A DNA stretch of 64,000 nucleotides, taken from positions 112,966,001 through 113,030,000 of the forward strand of contig NC_087437.1 of assembly GCF_036321535.1 (NCBI RefSeq), given 5' to 3'. The translations under genes and the position numbers were made by a program. The first letter of the stretch is position 1, and each line of letters opens with the position of its first letter. Of this stretch, positions 49,251-62,014 are shown in pieces. The notes beneath the pieces are model-generated. The model was not told the origin of the DNA. It saw only the letters and a list, made by a program, of their open reading frames with translations, and did no database searches. The DNA comes from Camelus dromedarius (Eukaryota).

Positions 49251-50079
49251 ATGTTCCTGGGTCTGTATCCTGAATGGCCCATTTGTTAAAGACTAGAAGC
49301 GTCAGCAGCACAGATGCTGAAATTCATGTTAATAATTCAGTAAATTGCTTGATGTTCATGCTCACTTTATCTTAAGATGGTCTTTTTCTCGTCAAAAATC
49401 TGTCCTTTTGAAGAGGCCCCTGGACTTCAGAAACTTAGTGTTGGAGAAAAAAAAAGACAGTGACAATTATGTCTAAATTTGGTTTTCATTTATTACGAAC
49501 AAATGATTGTACAAAAGTGATTATAAATAGCAGCTAGTTGATTTTTTTAAAGCACCAAATATAAAAATTTCAGACATGAGGTCATGCAAGCGATTTTTGA
49601 TGCCCCAAACCTGTATTTTAACACGAACACCAAATAGCTATTACAGAATAACTCTTTTATTGACTTTCTCCCTGTATCTGATGGCCTCACAATCGTTATC
49701 ATGAAGTTTATGTCTGGTCAGTGTTTGCTAGTGACCTCAGAGTACAGGAATGGTAGAAGTTTCTAGAAATAGGGCATGTAGACACACTGTAAGGTTTATG
49801 GGTTTCAGACACTTACTCCTGAAATTCGATGTTAACCCTCACCTTTATTAAATGTTTGAATGTGTAGGATATAAAAGATTATATTAATATGAGATTTATA
49901 ATATATGTAGATAAAATATAAATTTTTTTTACCCCCAGTTTCTTTTTCATAAAACACCGTCTTGGACATCTTCTGTGTGTGTCTCTCACCTTCTGGCCCA
50001 CCTTTGATGTCAGGCATGGCTGGGCAATCGGCTTTGTGCAGCTATAACCAGATGGCACCGTATTTCCAGACACAGCTGG

Positions 50080-50431
50080 ACATTGTGTCTCTCTTTGAGC
50101 CCTGGGCTTTCCTGGGACAGTATCCTGGTATACATGTGTGTGCAACCTGGTAGTTGTGAGGGAGTCAACACTTCATGGGACAACCCTCCAAAAGGGAAAA
50201 AGAGTCTGTGGGTTAATGCTTCCCTCTCTCTTCCCTCAGGCTGAAAATTCTGATGTGCATTGGACACAGCTTCCTAGAGGGTCTTCACTGGAGACGTGAT
50301 GGATCACGTGGTCACCTTCTCCTCCTCCTGCCCTTGACTCCTGTCTGCTGGGCTCACTCTCCAAAATAACTTTCCTTTACAAAAGCCCTTGTCATAGGCT
50401 CTGCTTTCTGTGAGGAATCCCGGCTGAGACG
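50080..50431 (+). mobile_element. ERVL-class LTR remnant (LTR16/LTR40-like)
   Basis: 3' end AAAATAAC...AAGCCCTTGTCATAGGCTCTGCTTTCTGTGAGGAATCCCGGCTGAGAC. Confidence 0.5.
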
Positions 50432-51034
50432 CTAAAACGATATACGAGGATGAAGACATGAAGATGAGTTGTTAAGGGACTGGCAGGGTTGTCCATCTCT
50501 GTGAAGGGGGTTCAAAAAGATGTTTGGGAAGCACTGGCCCCGATGACCGTTGGGATCATAGCATGAAGAGTGAGAGTGGTCAGGTCCCCATCCAGCCCTA
50601 ATGGGTTTATGAGTTTCTGAGTTTTCCACGAAGAACAGCAGAAGATCCCCAAGACTTTCCAGCCTGTTGAACTTCTGCATGTGTGACACCGAGGAGAAGC
50701 AGAGAGGCAAACAAACCAGAGCATTTTCACAAACATTCAGAAATCCCACAATCTCCGCAGACTTCGGCACTATTTCTAGATCTAATTATAAAACAGCAAG
50801 TGATGCTGGCCTATTCCAGGGAAATTGTTGATCTCACTCCAGGCGTGGTCTCTGTCTACAGGTAAAGGTGGGGGAGACTCAGGCAGGGATGGCTTCTTTG
50901 CTTCTGTCATGATCCATGCCTGGCTGATGCAAAGGGAAACGCAGCTTTTGCATCAACCAAGTTGTTGGCTAGACGCTCAAGATTCTGAAAACCTAGTTAC
51001 CTCCCTGTACCTCTCTGTACCTGTATGATCTAGT

Positions 51035-51203
51035 CCAGTAGCTCTCAAAGGGTGATCCCTGGGTGAGACCGTCTTTTTCTGAAAGCAAATTTTCCGCAGG
51101 AGGGAGGTTAGAAATGCCAACTTTTGGATCCCACCCCAGCAGTCTGTTCAGACAAGCCTTCCAGGTGATTCTGATGCTGGCTCAAGTTTGAAAACCCCTG
51201 CCC
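51035..51203. mobile_element. MER5A-like hAT MITE
   Basis: CAGTAGCTCTCAAAG...TTAGAAATGC...CAAGCCTTCCAGGTGATTCTGATGC...AAGTTTGAAAACCCCTG. Confidence 0.75.
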
Positions 51204-52424
51204 TGGGCGTTTTCCTTCCCAGCCTGGCTTTTGAGCTTTGGTGGCCTTCCATGTTGATTTCACATTCCTTCCCAGAGGATGGGCTTAGAGGACAAAAGAA
51301 ACCTTGATTAGCCAAGAGATGAGAAAGGGGCTAGAACTGTATAGGTAGTAGCTACCCACTTTACAAACAGACTATGTTCTGGACCTTGGAAGTGAGCTGT
51401 TTTCCTGGGAATGAGAGGTAGGTTCCCACAACCGCACACAAAGGCATATTTCATCCTGAATCCAGCTGAAATACTGCTGCATCGCAACGAGATAGAGCAG
51501 ATCGCAGTGTTCCCATAGGGTCGGAAACCAATCAACACAAAATAAAGCAATGAATGATACACAGGGATAGTATTTTATTTATGCTAGTATTAGTGGTGGA
51601 AGGAAAGGTTGATTTGGAGACATAAAGAGGTAAATGGGTGTTTGTCAAGTTTATGAAGGAGGGGCTGGCCTTTCTCTTTAGAATGTCATGATACTAACCC
51701 CTTTTTTAGATCTTTCTTAAATGTGGTTCTGGACTGTCACTTTATCTTTTTCTGCAGTCATATTTCTCACTAAGAAGGAGGTAAAGGATTCTGAGACAAG
51801 TTGGCAAGCATTGAAAAGGAAAGCGGAAAAAGGAAAGGAATAGAAGAGAACGTGGGTTTGTTTTTTATCAACATGAGCGTCAATGGAGGCAGAATTAACT
51901 TGAGCTGTGAGCAGTGAGAGACGGATGGGCAGGGAGAGGGTCAGGGTTCTCCTCTGACAAAAGAGAGGAAAGAAAGCAGACAGAAAACTGACCACACCGT
52001 TTGGGAGCTGCCGTTCTGGAAGCCTTCCTTCCCATCGTATTGCCCTTTGAATTGGCCCTTAACAGCCACACTTCATGTCATCCTGTTCCCTTTCTGGCCA
52101 CAGACAGGCAGCTGACCAGAGGCCTTGACAGTGACTGCTGATATAGCATAATAAAATGAGCTGGACCAGCCCCATGTCCCCCTTTTTCCTTCTAGGCATT
52201 TGAGCTCAAAAATGCCCAAATGTTGTTTAGTCCCTGATAGGAAGACGTACATGGCTGGCTGGGAGCACTTTACATGTTCTCAAATCAAATGCTTCTGGCT
52301 ACGTTTCCTGGGGTGGCTAAAATACTTTCTTTTGGAGGGTCACTGTGCATTTATTAACCATTCTATTTTTGTATCATACCATTGTCCTCGCTGATGGCGG
52401 AATGGCTGGATTGGGGAAAATGTG

Positions 52425-53110
52425 GTAGCCCTAATGGAATTAATTAATTGAGTAATATTGCCTGACAAATGGCTCTGTGTACCAAAGAGGGATTGAGACT
52501 TAATTACCGATGTCATTTATCTCTCTGTTTGCACCCCAACAATAAGTACTCGTTTCTCATTAATGTCAGGTCATCTTCCAAAAGGAAGAAAAGAGGCCAA
52601 AATATCACGAACGGAAAAAAAAAATTGATGTCTTTGTTTCCCACCTCATTATCCTGAAAATCATAACAGACTCTGTTAATTAGATGGGCAGCCTTAACTG
52701 GTGACTCCAGTCCAACAATTACCTCAGAGAGAAGCACCACTGGGAACACTTCCTCCCCTTGGGAGGAGATGAAAGGGAATCTGTAACAAAAATAAGGATC
52801 CTTTCCCCAGCCATGCTGGGGGATCACAGTTGTCAGGGCGAATTTCTAGACTGAAGGGCTGGAGCTGTTTCAGGGGTGTCGCCTGTGCATTATGGTGACG
52901 GCAGGGTGTCTGACGCTGCCCTCCTAATCTACGGCTTAGGTGATGTTCCCCGGTGCCTCCAGTTCCCTCGGGAAGATTAGAGCCTAATTAAACAGGGGAA
53001 CAGGTGTAAGAGGGCCTGACTTCATCTGGCCAAATTAATTGCTGAGATGGGGCTTGCATTTGGGAACTGAAAACAGTGAATTAACTGCAGCCGGAATACA
53101 GCTAATCCCT
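52425..53110. promoter_or_regulatory. Repeat-free homeodomain-site cluster (candidate conserved enhancer)
   Basis: Many TAAT/TAATTA cores and TGACA/TGTCA sites. Function is inferred. Confidence 0.4.
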
Positions 53111-53235
53111 CAGTATCGCTGTGTCTGTGTATAAAACAGACCGGACTCGCTGGGAACACAAACAAAGAGGGATCTGAAGGTGAAGGTACACGCGTCCTTT
53201 CATGGGAAAGACTGGGCAGTGAGCCTCACAGTGGA

Positions 53236-53365
53236 CGGTGGCCATATGTGCCAGACTGCACGCCTGGGACAGTCCTGGCTTATGCCTGTTGCCCCTGCAA
53301 AATTATTAATAGTGCCCCCTTTCATTCTCAAAAATGTCCCAGTTTGGACTCTAAATTAGTTACTA
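53236..53365 (-). mobile_element. MER94 (hAT-Blackjack)
   Basis: GGGACAGTCCTGGCTTATGCCTGTTG...ATTATTAATAGTGCCCCCTTTCATTCTCAAAAATGTCCCAGTTTGGAC matches the recalled MER94 reverse strand. Confidence 0.8.
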
Positions 53366-53414
53366 TATTTTAATGTCAGTTTTAAGCTGCCATGTTCTTT
53401 CTCAGGAAAGTGGC

Positions 53415-53859
53415 CTTATAAGTTGCATCGTGTTCCCCGCAAAGATGTTGAAGTCCTAACCCGTGTGCCTGTGAAAGCGACCTTCTTTGGAAATGAGGGT
53501 CTTTGTAGATAATCAGCTTAAGAGGAGGTCATCCGGGTGGACTGTCATCCAACATGACTGGTGTCCTTATAAAAAGGGGAAGTTGGACACAGAGGTGGAC
53601 GGGCACACAGGGAGAAGGCCGTGTGACAATTGAGGCAGAGACTGGGGTGATCTTCGACAAGCAAGGGGTGCCAAAGGCGGCCAGAAAACCACCAAAGCTA
53701 AGAAAGGGCCTGGGGCAGATCCTTCCTCACTGCCTCAGAAGGAACCAACCCTGTGGACACCTTGATCTCGGACTTCTGGCCTCCAGAATTGTCAGCTAAT
53801 ACATGTCTGCTGTTGTAAGCCATCCGTTTGGTGTTATGGCAGCTCTAGCAAACTAATAT
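53415..53859 (+). mobile_element. MaLR solo LTR (MLT1B/C-like)
   Basis: GATGTTGAAGTCCTAACCC...TGACTGGTGTCCTTATAAAAAGGGG...GGACTTCTGGCCTCCAGAA...GCAGCTCTAGCAAACTAATA. Confidence 0.9.
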
Positions 53860-56239
53860 GAGTGGTACTGGTTTCGCAGTGTCTGGAGACCCTCTCCTAG
53901 CTCTTCGTTTGTTCAGTTCATGGAAATGAGCCGTCTTGGTGGCAAAGGCTGGCTGTCCCTCCAGAGTGAGAAGTCGGTCAGTGAACCGGCGCCGATTTCT
54001 CAGGGCCAGACGCTGGGGAGAGGGCGAGGGAGACAGACGTGCTTCCTGGCGTCCAGGGGCAAGCAGTCTGGTAGGAAGGGAGGCAATGCAGGCGACCTTG
54101 CACTTAATTAGTTAACTATGAGTATTGAGTGTGCAGAGGAGCGAGGGAGGCACAGCCCGGCGGGGAGGCACTCCAAGTGGGGCTGGAAAGAAAACAGCTC
54201 CCCGGGAAAGGACCATCTGAGCTGACCTGAGAAGCAAGGGTTACCTGGGTTAAAAACTGGGGGCTAGGGGAGCACACGTGGAGGGAGTGAGAAGTGTACC
54301 ATGGGTGCCCAGAGAAACCCAGGAGCAGAGGGATGGGGAGGGCTGTCTCCTGTTCTCCATCACAGCCATTGTCGCCTCAGCCATCACAGATTTAAAGCAC
54401 TCTCACCTGTACCAGACCCCGAGCTCAGGGCTGGGGGATTCCGGTGGCAGAGACCCACGTGTAAACTGCCAAGCAAGCAGTAGTTGGCCCAGAGCTGGGA
54501 AGACAGGTGGGAGCAGCGGGAGAGAATGAAGTTGTCGCCTCTGTCAGGAGAACCCAGAGCAGGGGAGGAGGTCACCGCTGAGGTGCGTCTTCAGAAAACA
54601 TTTTCTGCAGTGGCTAGAGGTAGGGATGGGAGAAACCAAAAATGTTAATCCCTGGTTCAGAAGACAGGGACCCTTGGTCCCTGATCTCTCTGGCCAATAG
54701 CTTTCATGTGACTGGACTTGTAGGGGTCACATGTCACATCCAGAGCGCTCATTCTTTCCAAGTGTATAACATGATTCAGTTGCCCTGAAGCAAAACTGGA
54801 TTGTTGCTTGTCTAAGTTTCATTCAGGGACACGGCAGGACATTTCAGAACATTCCAAAGAACACCTTTGTGATGGCCTCTTGTCCTTGAGGCCTCTTGCC
54901 CCATGTCCTTGGACCCAGGTTCCCAGAACCTACGATGGATGCCATCTTGAATATAGGTTTCCATCCTCTTGGCCAGAGTCTCAGGCAATAATGGAACCTA
55001 TGGACTCAGTCCATGCTGGGCATATTATATTTTTGAATTCTAGCTTTGGCAGGTCTAGGTACAGCTCAGTCAAAAGGGGCCATTCAGAGCGACCATTTTC
55101 GAGGTGAATTTCTAGATTGGCTATTAAAGTCAGAGTTTGTCTTCTCTAGTTGACTTCAATTGTCTGTCTCTGGTGGGCCCAGGACGAAAAGTTTTGAGAA
55201 GGCAAAACTGGGCTCTGATTGTGTAGGCCTGGCATTTATTATGTGAGCGCACAGGTCTGCATTTCAAAATGAAAAAAACAATAATAATTAAAGTTTCTCC
55301 AGGCTTCTCATGTCCAAACCACTCTTGCAAAACCACCTTTGGATGAGCTGTAAGTGTCAGCAAATCAGAAACATGTGGATTTAATTTCCTTTGAAATACA
55401 CCAGGGGGACAGGGGGCAGTGGAGCTTGGCAGCTGACTTCTCAGGATCTGCCAAACCCCAAATATCTCACACTCTGAGAGAGCCGTCATGCTGGCCCCCA
55501 ACAGTCTCATGTGGCTTGTCCGGCCACTGCATTCCTTGTTGTACCATCTAGGTTTTCTCTAACCATTAGGCCATACTCTTGGTCCATTTTACTTGCCAGA
55601 AGGATGCTGTTAACACCACCCACATGCTTAACAGGACTTTGAAGAGGGACCAATCCTGCAATGAGGTGTTAGGTTGGCTCCAGTCTTATCTGGACCAACA
55701 GTCCATCTTTGCAGCCATTACTGTGACTTTAAAATCCAAACCAACTGTGAGAGAGGTTTTCCAACTTGATTTCTAGAGTGGGAAAATATTTTGCTTTCAT
55801 GAAGGATGATGGTATCAGGTCCCAAATGTATTAGGTTTCGCTATCATCCAACACTCATGCATATAATGTAAAACATGTACATACTCTGCAAAGAGCACAG
55901 CCACCCTGTGGTTCCAAGGTAAATATTGGCCCGCACACCTCCTGGGAAAATAAAGAAGTTTCCCCTAGAGCAGAGGAGCCCCGCAGTCCGGTAGTTCTGA
56001 TGTCTCCTCCAAACCCCAGGTCCCGGTCTACTAATTTAACAGTAAAGATGTGCTAACAAGGTCTGTGTCACCTTCTGGTGTTTTGCTTTTCTTCCTTGCT
56101 ATGAATGCTTCTCTTTATCCTCCTACATGTTCTATGTCCAGCAGTCTCTTTTGCCTTAAATGATGATGTACATTGAATGCAAAAGACAAATTGCACCTTA
56201 AAAAACGTACTTTTTTGCACCCAAGACAGCGAATGCTTT

Positions 56240-56430
56240 GGTACCTGTTATGTGTCATGTACGTACATTGTTGACTCTCTTGTTATCCTCATCCTACCAA
56301 AGAGGCATCTGAGGCAGCCCCAGAGAGACTGAGTAACCTACAAATCCCATGACTGGCAAGTAATAAAGCTAGATTTGACCTTGGGCTGTTGGGCTCCAGA
56401 AACAGGGGTTCTTCCAGTACTCGATGCTGC
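56240..56430 (-). mobile_element. MIR SINE
   Basis: GAGGCAGCCCCAGAGAGACTGAGTAACCT...GCAAGTAATAAAGCTAGATTTGACC. Confidence 0.55.
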
Positions 56431-56442
56431 CTTTGACTCCAC

Positions 56443-57016
56443 TGTGATGGTTCACTTTATGTGTTAGTTGATTGGCTCGTGGGGTGCCCAGACAGTTGGT
56501 CACACATTATTCTGAGTGTCTCTGTGAGGATGGTTTTGCATGAGATCAGCATTTAAATCTGTAGATTGAGTAGGTAGATTGCCCTCCCTCATACATACGA
56601 GTGGGCCTCATCCAATCAGCTGAAGGCCTGAATAGAACTAAGAATCTGATCCTTCCCTGAGTAAGAGAGAATGCCTTCTGCCCAGCTGCTTGAGCTGGGA
56701 CATCAGCTCTTTCCTGCCTTTGGACTTGAACTGAAACGTCAAGTCTTCCTGGGTCTTGAGCCTCCGGGCTGGAACTTCACCACTGGCTCTCCTTTTCCTC
56801 AGGCCTTTGGACTTGCACAGGAACTCTGTCACTGGGCTCTCTTGGGTCCCCAGCTTTCCAACTCACCTTGCAGGTCTTGGGACTTTCAGCCTGCACAATC
56901 ACCGGAGCCAATTCCCTGTAGTAAATCTCTCTCTCTCTCTCTCTGTCTCCATCTTTATCTCCATCTCTGTCCCTGTATCCTATCGGTTCTACTTTTCTGG
57001 GAAGCCCTAATCTACT
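56443..57016 (+). mobile_element. ERVL solo LTR (MLT2B/MLT2D-like)
   Basis: TGTGATGGTTCACTTTATGTG...GGGCCTCATCCAATCAGCTGAAGGCCTGAATAGAAC...CCTATCGGTTCT...GAAGCCCTAA. Confidence 0.9.
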
Positions 57017-59204
57017 CATTTCTTATCTGATCTACCAGGCAATCCTGTGAGGGGTATGGATCTGGTACTGTCACCTGGAAAATGAATATGACTACATGCA
57101 GGGGCACAGATATCCACACACAAAGTCCCCCACACATGTACGCGCACACGTGTACAAACCACCCTTCACATGCACACACCACCCTTCACATGCACTTCAA
57201 GACCCAGGTCAGAATCCAGGCCCACTCATGTCATTTCAGTGCTTCTTCCCCAAGGCACCCACAGAACTGCCACAGGTGGTGATGCCAGGCCACTTTATGG
57301 AGTCATTAGTCTCCAGATCTGTGACAGCTAGTCCCCCTTTTATGCAGAAAGGTCCGCCTCTGAGTCCCAGGCTTACCAGGGACCTGCTGCTGCTTGTTTG
57401 TTCTTCAAATTCCAGGTGGTGAATTTCAGCTACAGAGAACAGTGCAACAGGGACAGAGTCGAACCTTGCCAATTCCCACCTGGACACAGTGACTACAGGA
57501 AAAGGATCCAGGAGAATAAAATTACCCTCCAAAAAATTGATTCCTGAGCGGAACACGGATGTCTGACTCGTAGAATTTCTGTGTAAGCGAGGGCAAAATC
57601 CCCCTGCTTTTGTTGGTGGTTGGAGTCTCCAGGGCCATTCAGTGTATTGAAAGTCTCAGTACTGCTGGTACTCGGGGAGGACTCAGTCCGTTCCCTCTCA
57701 AGGCCTTCTGTTTTATAAAGCCACTTGGGGTGAAGAAGAAATCACATTCTTCCCACCCTCTCTTGCCTTTACAATGTCCACGCTGGCTGGCAGTCCAAGA
57801 CAACAGTTGAGCTATTAAATTTTGAACCTGTGTCCTAACTGTTCATCAAAAGTGAAGGCAAGATTGGTGAAGGAATGTTCTTCATCTTCAGCCGCCTTTA
57901 TCAAGTGGTCAGAAGTTCAGGGGGCGGCGGCTGTGACCTTCTACTGCCATTTCTCAGTGGCAGAGGGGAATTTTCTTCTGGGCTTCAGCAGCTGCACGAC
58001 CCCTGCGTGACCCTCTGACCCTCCCCCTTTCTCCAGCCTCCCACCCCAAGCACGTTCATGTTGACGCTTCTGCAGAAAATGGAGAGGGGAATGGTGCACC
58101 CCCCGGGGGCCTGTCACCCCTCACACACCTGCCTCCATTCTGCGGGAGCCAAGGAGTTGGTGGCAGAGAAGGATGGCTGGGGAGGAAGGCCTAGGATCAG
58201 TATTGCAAAGATGGGGCAGCAGGTGGGGCCTGGTGCCTATAAGCAGGAAGCTTTGGTTTTAATTAATGATACCTAGCAAGTTGGCACCAGGGGACAGTGA
58301 AGGCAGGGATGGGATCCTTGGACTGGAAAAGTGGGTGGGATTCAGTTTGGCTAAGGATACAAAAGTTCTCATCCTTGGACTGAAAACCTTCTCTGTCTCT
58401 CCCAGTCATTCAGTCCTAGAACAATATCATTTTCAAAAGGTCTGGTTCGGTCTTCCTAGCAAGAACTGGGCGCTGTGAGCAGCACAGAAGAAAAGAGCAC
58501 TTTCCATTTGAAAAATGAGCCTCAAAGTCCCTAGTTCTGCCTGAAGCCAAAAGCTCCTGACTTCCACCAGTGTCTCTACAATGGATAATGGGTAGTTTTT
58601 TATACTTTGAAAATCGCTCGGTTTTTTTCTCTGCCGGTTTAGTAAGCTCTCGTAAGCAGTGTTGAACAAGAAATACTACGTCTCATGGAAATGGCTTTAT
58701 TTCCACGATATCCACATACAGGCTTGTTTTCAGAGTGACTCAGAAGTGCCGGACAGTGTACTCTGAATGGAGGGTGAAAGGGAGATGACTGAAACATTTG
58801 CTCTGGGGGAAGAAACTGAGCAGAGACACCTATTCATTCTCATTGACCTTGGAGGTGGATATCAAGTAATGCTGCAGGTCAGCCCTAATTATTTGCTGAG
58901 GGGCAGGCAGGGCTCCTGTTCCGTGCTTTGTAGCCACGATCTTCTCCCGCAGGGAGCTGCAGTATCGATGCTGTTCCCAAGGAGGCCGGGTGCGCTGGAT
59001 GCGTCCTGGCTCTGCCTGGTCACGTGACATCTTAGTAGCGTTGTCCTTCAAGCCAGCCAACCCTGGTGTCATTGGTAATGCCACAGAGTGACAAATACCT
59101 GACTGTATAAAACTGGTGACTTTCTACCTGGCTCCCTTCTGGAATATTTGCAGTCTGCAAAGCAGTCTGATCAAACATTAGATTAACTTAGCTGGCCTTC
59201 AAAA

Positions 59205-59365
59205 ATATTGATTCAAATGGAAATCACCTTAAAAAGTTCAGATGCCCAGTCCCACTTCAGATCAATGAAATAGAATCACCTGAGAATGGGGCCTGGGCAT
59301 TAGCATTTAAAAAGTCTTCTCAGGTGGGTGCTTCTAAGGTGCCAGAGCCAGGAACTCCTGACCTA
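59205..59365. mobile_element. MER5-like hAT MITE
   Basis: GAAATCACC...CAGATGCCCAGTCCCAC...AGAATCACCTGAGAATGGGGCCTGGGCATTAGCATTTAAAAAG. Confidence 0.7.
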
Positions 59366-59562
59366 GAGACACAAAAGCTATCTCTCAGCTGTGTTTTCTG
59401 GGATGTCTGGGTCTCTTCTCTCTGCGAGTGGTGCTATGACACTCCTCGGTGTGGGCTGGGGGCCACTGAAGAGCGTTCACGTTCCTGGGATGGGGTTTCA
59501 CTATTTCTGTCCCGTTAGGGAAACGGGCATGGAGTGGGCTGAGCCCACCTGGAAGCGGACAC

Positions 59563-59587
59563 CACACACACACACACACACACACAC
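59563..59587. repeat. (CA)12 microsatellite
   Basis: Seen directly. Confidence 0.95.
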
Positions 59588-60600
59588 CCTCTTCCCAGGT
59601 TGAAAGGCTGCCGGCACCGATCACCTGGCTGGGCACTCAAGGTTTTCAGTAACCATGGGAACTGCAGTCCCGTGACCTCAACTTCTAATCTAGGGAGATT
59701 TTCTCGCCCATATTCTGGTTTCTCATTGATGAAAAGGGTATTTATGGAAGACGCAAACTCAAAGCATACATGGAAAGCTGGTGTGGCTGTCTTAGGATCC
59801 AGCAAAGTAGGCTTCAGGAGACAGAGTATAAACAGAGGTGATTCCCCTCAAATGCCCGGGTCCCACCCCGTTCTCCCTACCCCCGCACTGCCTGGGCACG
59901 GGGTCCTTCAGACCCTGTGGTTCAGCTGCATCTGCAGGACTGCGATCTGGAGAGAGGCGCCTGGGGCCACGCCTCTGGGGGCCCTACAGGTCCTCTGGGG
60001 TCCAGACTCCCCAGTTCCTCCTTACACTACCCGCTCTGGAGTGCTTCTCCCCACTTATTCTCCCTTCTCTCACCCTCCAGGCCCTTGGCATAATCTCATC
60101 CAGGGATTTAGCTTTTACAAAAGCAGGGAAGAATCTCAGCTGGCCCAAATCCCGGAGGCAGGGAAGTGTGAAGCTTGGCTACCAGCTGGAAATGGGTGTG
60201 GGTGCGGAATGAAGGGAACCAGGCTCAAATCAGCATTTTAACAGTCAGCCCCGCCCCCCATGTCCTGCCACCGGCCCCAAGGGCCCAGAGCAGCTCCTGG
60301 TTTCTGACCTGGGCTGTTCCAGTCTCTGGGTCTCTGTTTGGACAAGAGATGCAGAGGAGCTGACTTTCTTATCTCTCCCCACTGGCAGCTCAGACTTTCA
60401 TGTGTATAAGGAAGCCCTCACTTTTCTCAGGGACCTCCCAGGTCACTCAGAAGTCTCACTGAATTGAGTTATTTCTCTGCAGCAGCATAAGGGTATACAT
60501 TTGGCTTGGGGACCAAATCCTCACTGGGGATGTTTGGTCCTGACCCTCCTCTGTGTTCAGGGAAGAGAGCCCTTCTCACTCAACGATGCAGATGTGCTCT

Positions 60601-60994
60601 CATATGAAAAGCTCAGTATGGCTAAGCATTAGAGAAATGCAAATCAGAACTAAAACGAGGTATCACCTCACACCAGTCAGAATGGCCATCATTTAGAAGT
60701 CTACAAATAATCAATGCTGGAGAGGGTGTGGAGATAAAGGAACCCTCCTATACTGTTGGTGGGAATGTAAATTGGTGCAGCCATTATGGAGGACAGTACA
60801 CAGGTTCCTTAAAGAACTAAAACTAGACTTATCTTGTGATTCAGTAATCCTACTCCTGGACATATATCTAGAGAAAACTATAACTCAAAAAGAGATATGC
60901 ACCCCAGTGTTCATAGCAGCACTATTTACAATAGCCAAGACATGGAAACAACCTCAATGTCCATCAATAGATGACTGGGTAAAGAAGATGTGAA

Positions 60995-61057
<63 letters not shown>

Positions 61058-61519
61058 AATATTACTCAGCCATAAAAAAGAAAGAATGAAATAATGCCAT
61101 TTGCAGCAACATGGATGGACCTAGAGATGATCATATTAAGTGAAGTATTTCAGAGAGAGAAAGACATTATATGATATCACTTCTATGTGGAATCTAAAAA
61201 AAAAATGATACAAATTCTATTTACAAACCAGAAATAGACTCACAGACATAGAAAACAAACCATGGTTACCGAAGGGGAAAGGGTGGAGAGGGATAAATTA
61301 GGGGCCAGGGATTAACGACACACATTACTATATTTAAAATAGGTAAACAACAAGGACCTACTGTATAGCACAGGGAACTATATTCAATTTCTTGTAATAA
61401 CATATAACAGAAAAGAATCTGAAAAGAAAAAGAAGCATGTATATGTATAACTGAATCACTTTGCTGTACACCTGGAACTAACACTGTCAATCAACTACAC
61501 TTCAATAAAAAATTTAAAA
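60601..61519 (+). mobile_element. 5'-truncated L1 (artiodactyl/laurasiatherian type), ORF2 C-terminus and 3' UTR, with 19-bp TSD
   Basis: ORF 60772-60993 VQPLWRTV...FIAALFTIAKTWKQPQCPSIDDWVKKM is the L1 ORF2 end. 3' UTR GGACCTACTGTATAGCACAGGGAAC...AATAAA. Flanks AACGATGCAGATGTGCTCT (60582-60600) and AACAATACAGACGTGTTCT (61520-61538). Confidence 0.93.
60997..61055. repeat. (AC)29 microsatellite inside the L1
   Basis: Seen directly. Confidence 0.99.
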
Positions 61520-61574
61520 AACAATACAGACGTGTTCTGTCTGATGATGAAATCGCACTGGTGGGGCGACTAGG

Positions 61575-61737
61575 AACTTGCTACTCAAAGCCAGGTCTGT
61601 GGACTAGCAAGTGTCATCTGGGAGCCTCTTAGAAATGCAGATTCGAGGCCGACCCCAATCCTGCTGCATCAGAATCTGCATTTTAATAAGATCCCAGGTA
61701 ATTTGTACACACATTAAAATTTAAGAAGCCCTTCTCT
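61575..61737. mobile_element. MER5A/B hAT MITE
   Basis: TGCTACTCAAAG...TTAGAAATGCAGATTC...ATCAGAATCTGCATTTTAATAAGATCCCAGGTAATTTG. Confidence 0.85.
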
Positions 61738-62014
61738 AAAGCATTCATGTCACACTGATAAGAATGGAAACAAGATGACTCCATCGTTTAAAAACATTTT
61801 TAAGCAATTCAGAAAAACAATCATGAAAACATTTTAGTTATTAAAATAACAAAGATCCAAAATAGTGAGAGATTATATCAATATTTTTGTGACTTTTTTA
61901 TTACATACTGCTGAGGTGTCTTTAAAGGAACAATTTTATTTCTGTGCTGTGATCTTGTTAAAATTTAGGTTGTGATGTAGCTTCAAGGATTTTGAGATAA
62001 GGGTTTAATTGTTG

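Noticed and set aside
57158..57195. Two-copy 18-bp tandem duplication ACCACCCTTCACATGCAC (similarly CCTCAGTGATCTC at 1697 and 1718)
   Set aside because: Simple slippage duplications. Only two copies, with no spacer architecture suggesting an array system.
59600..60241. 213-aa plus-strand ORF
   Set aside because: Starts at a non-ATG codon, has no recognisable homology and no convincing splice context.
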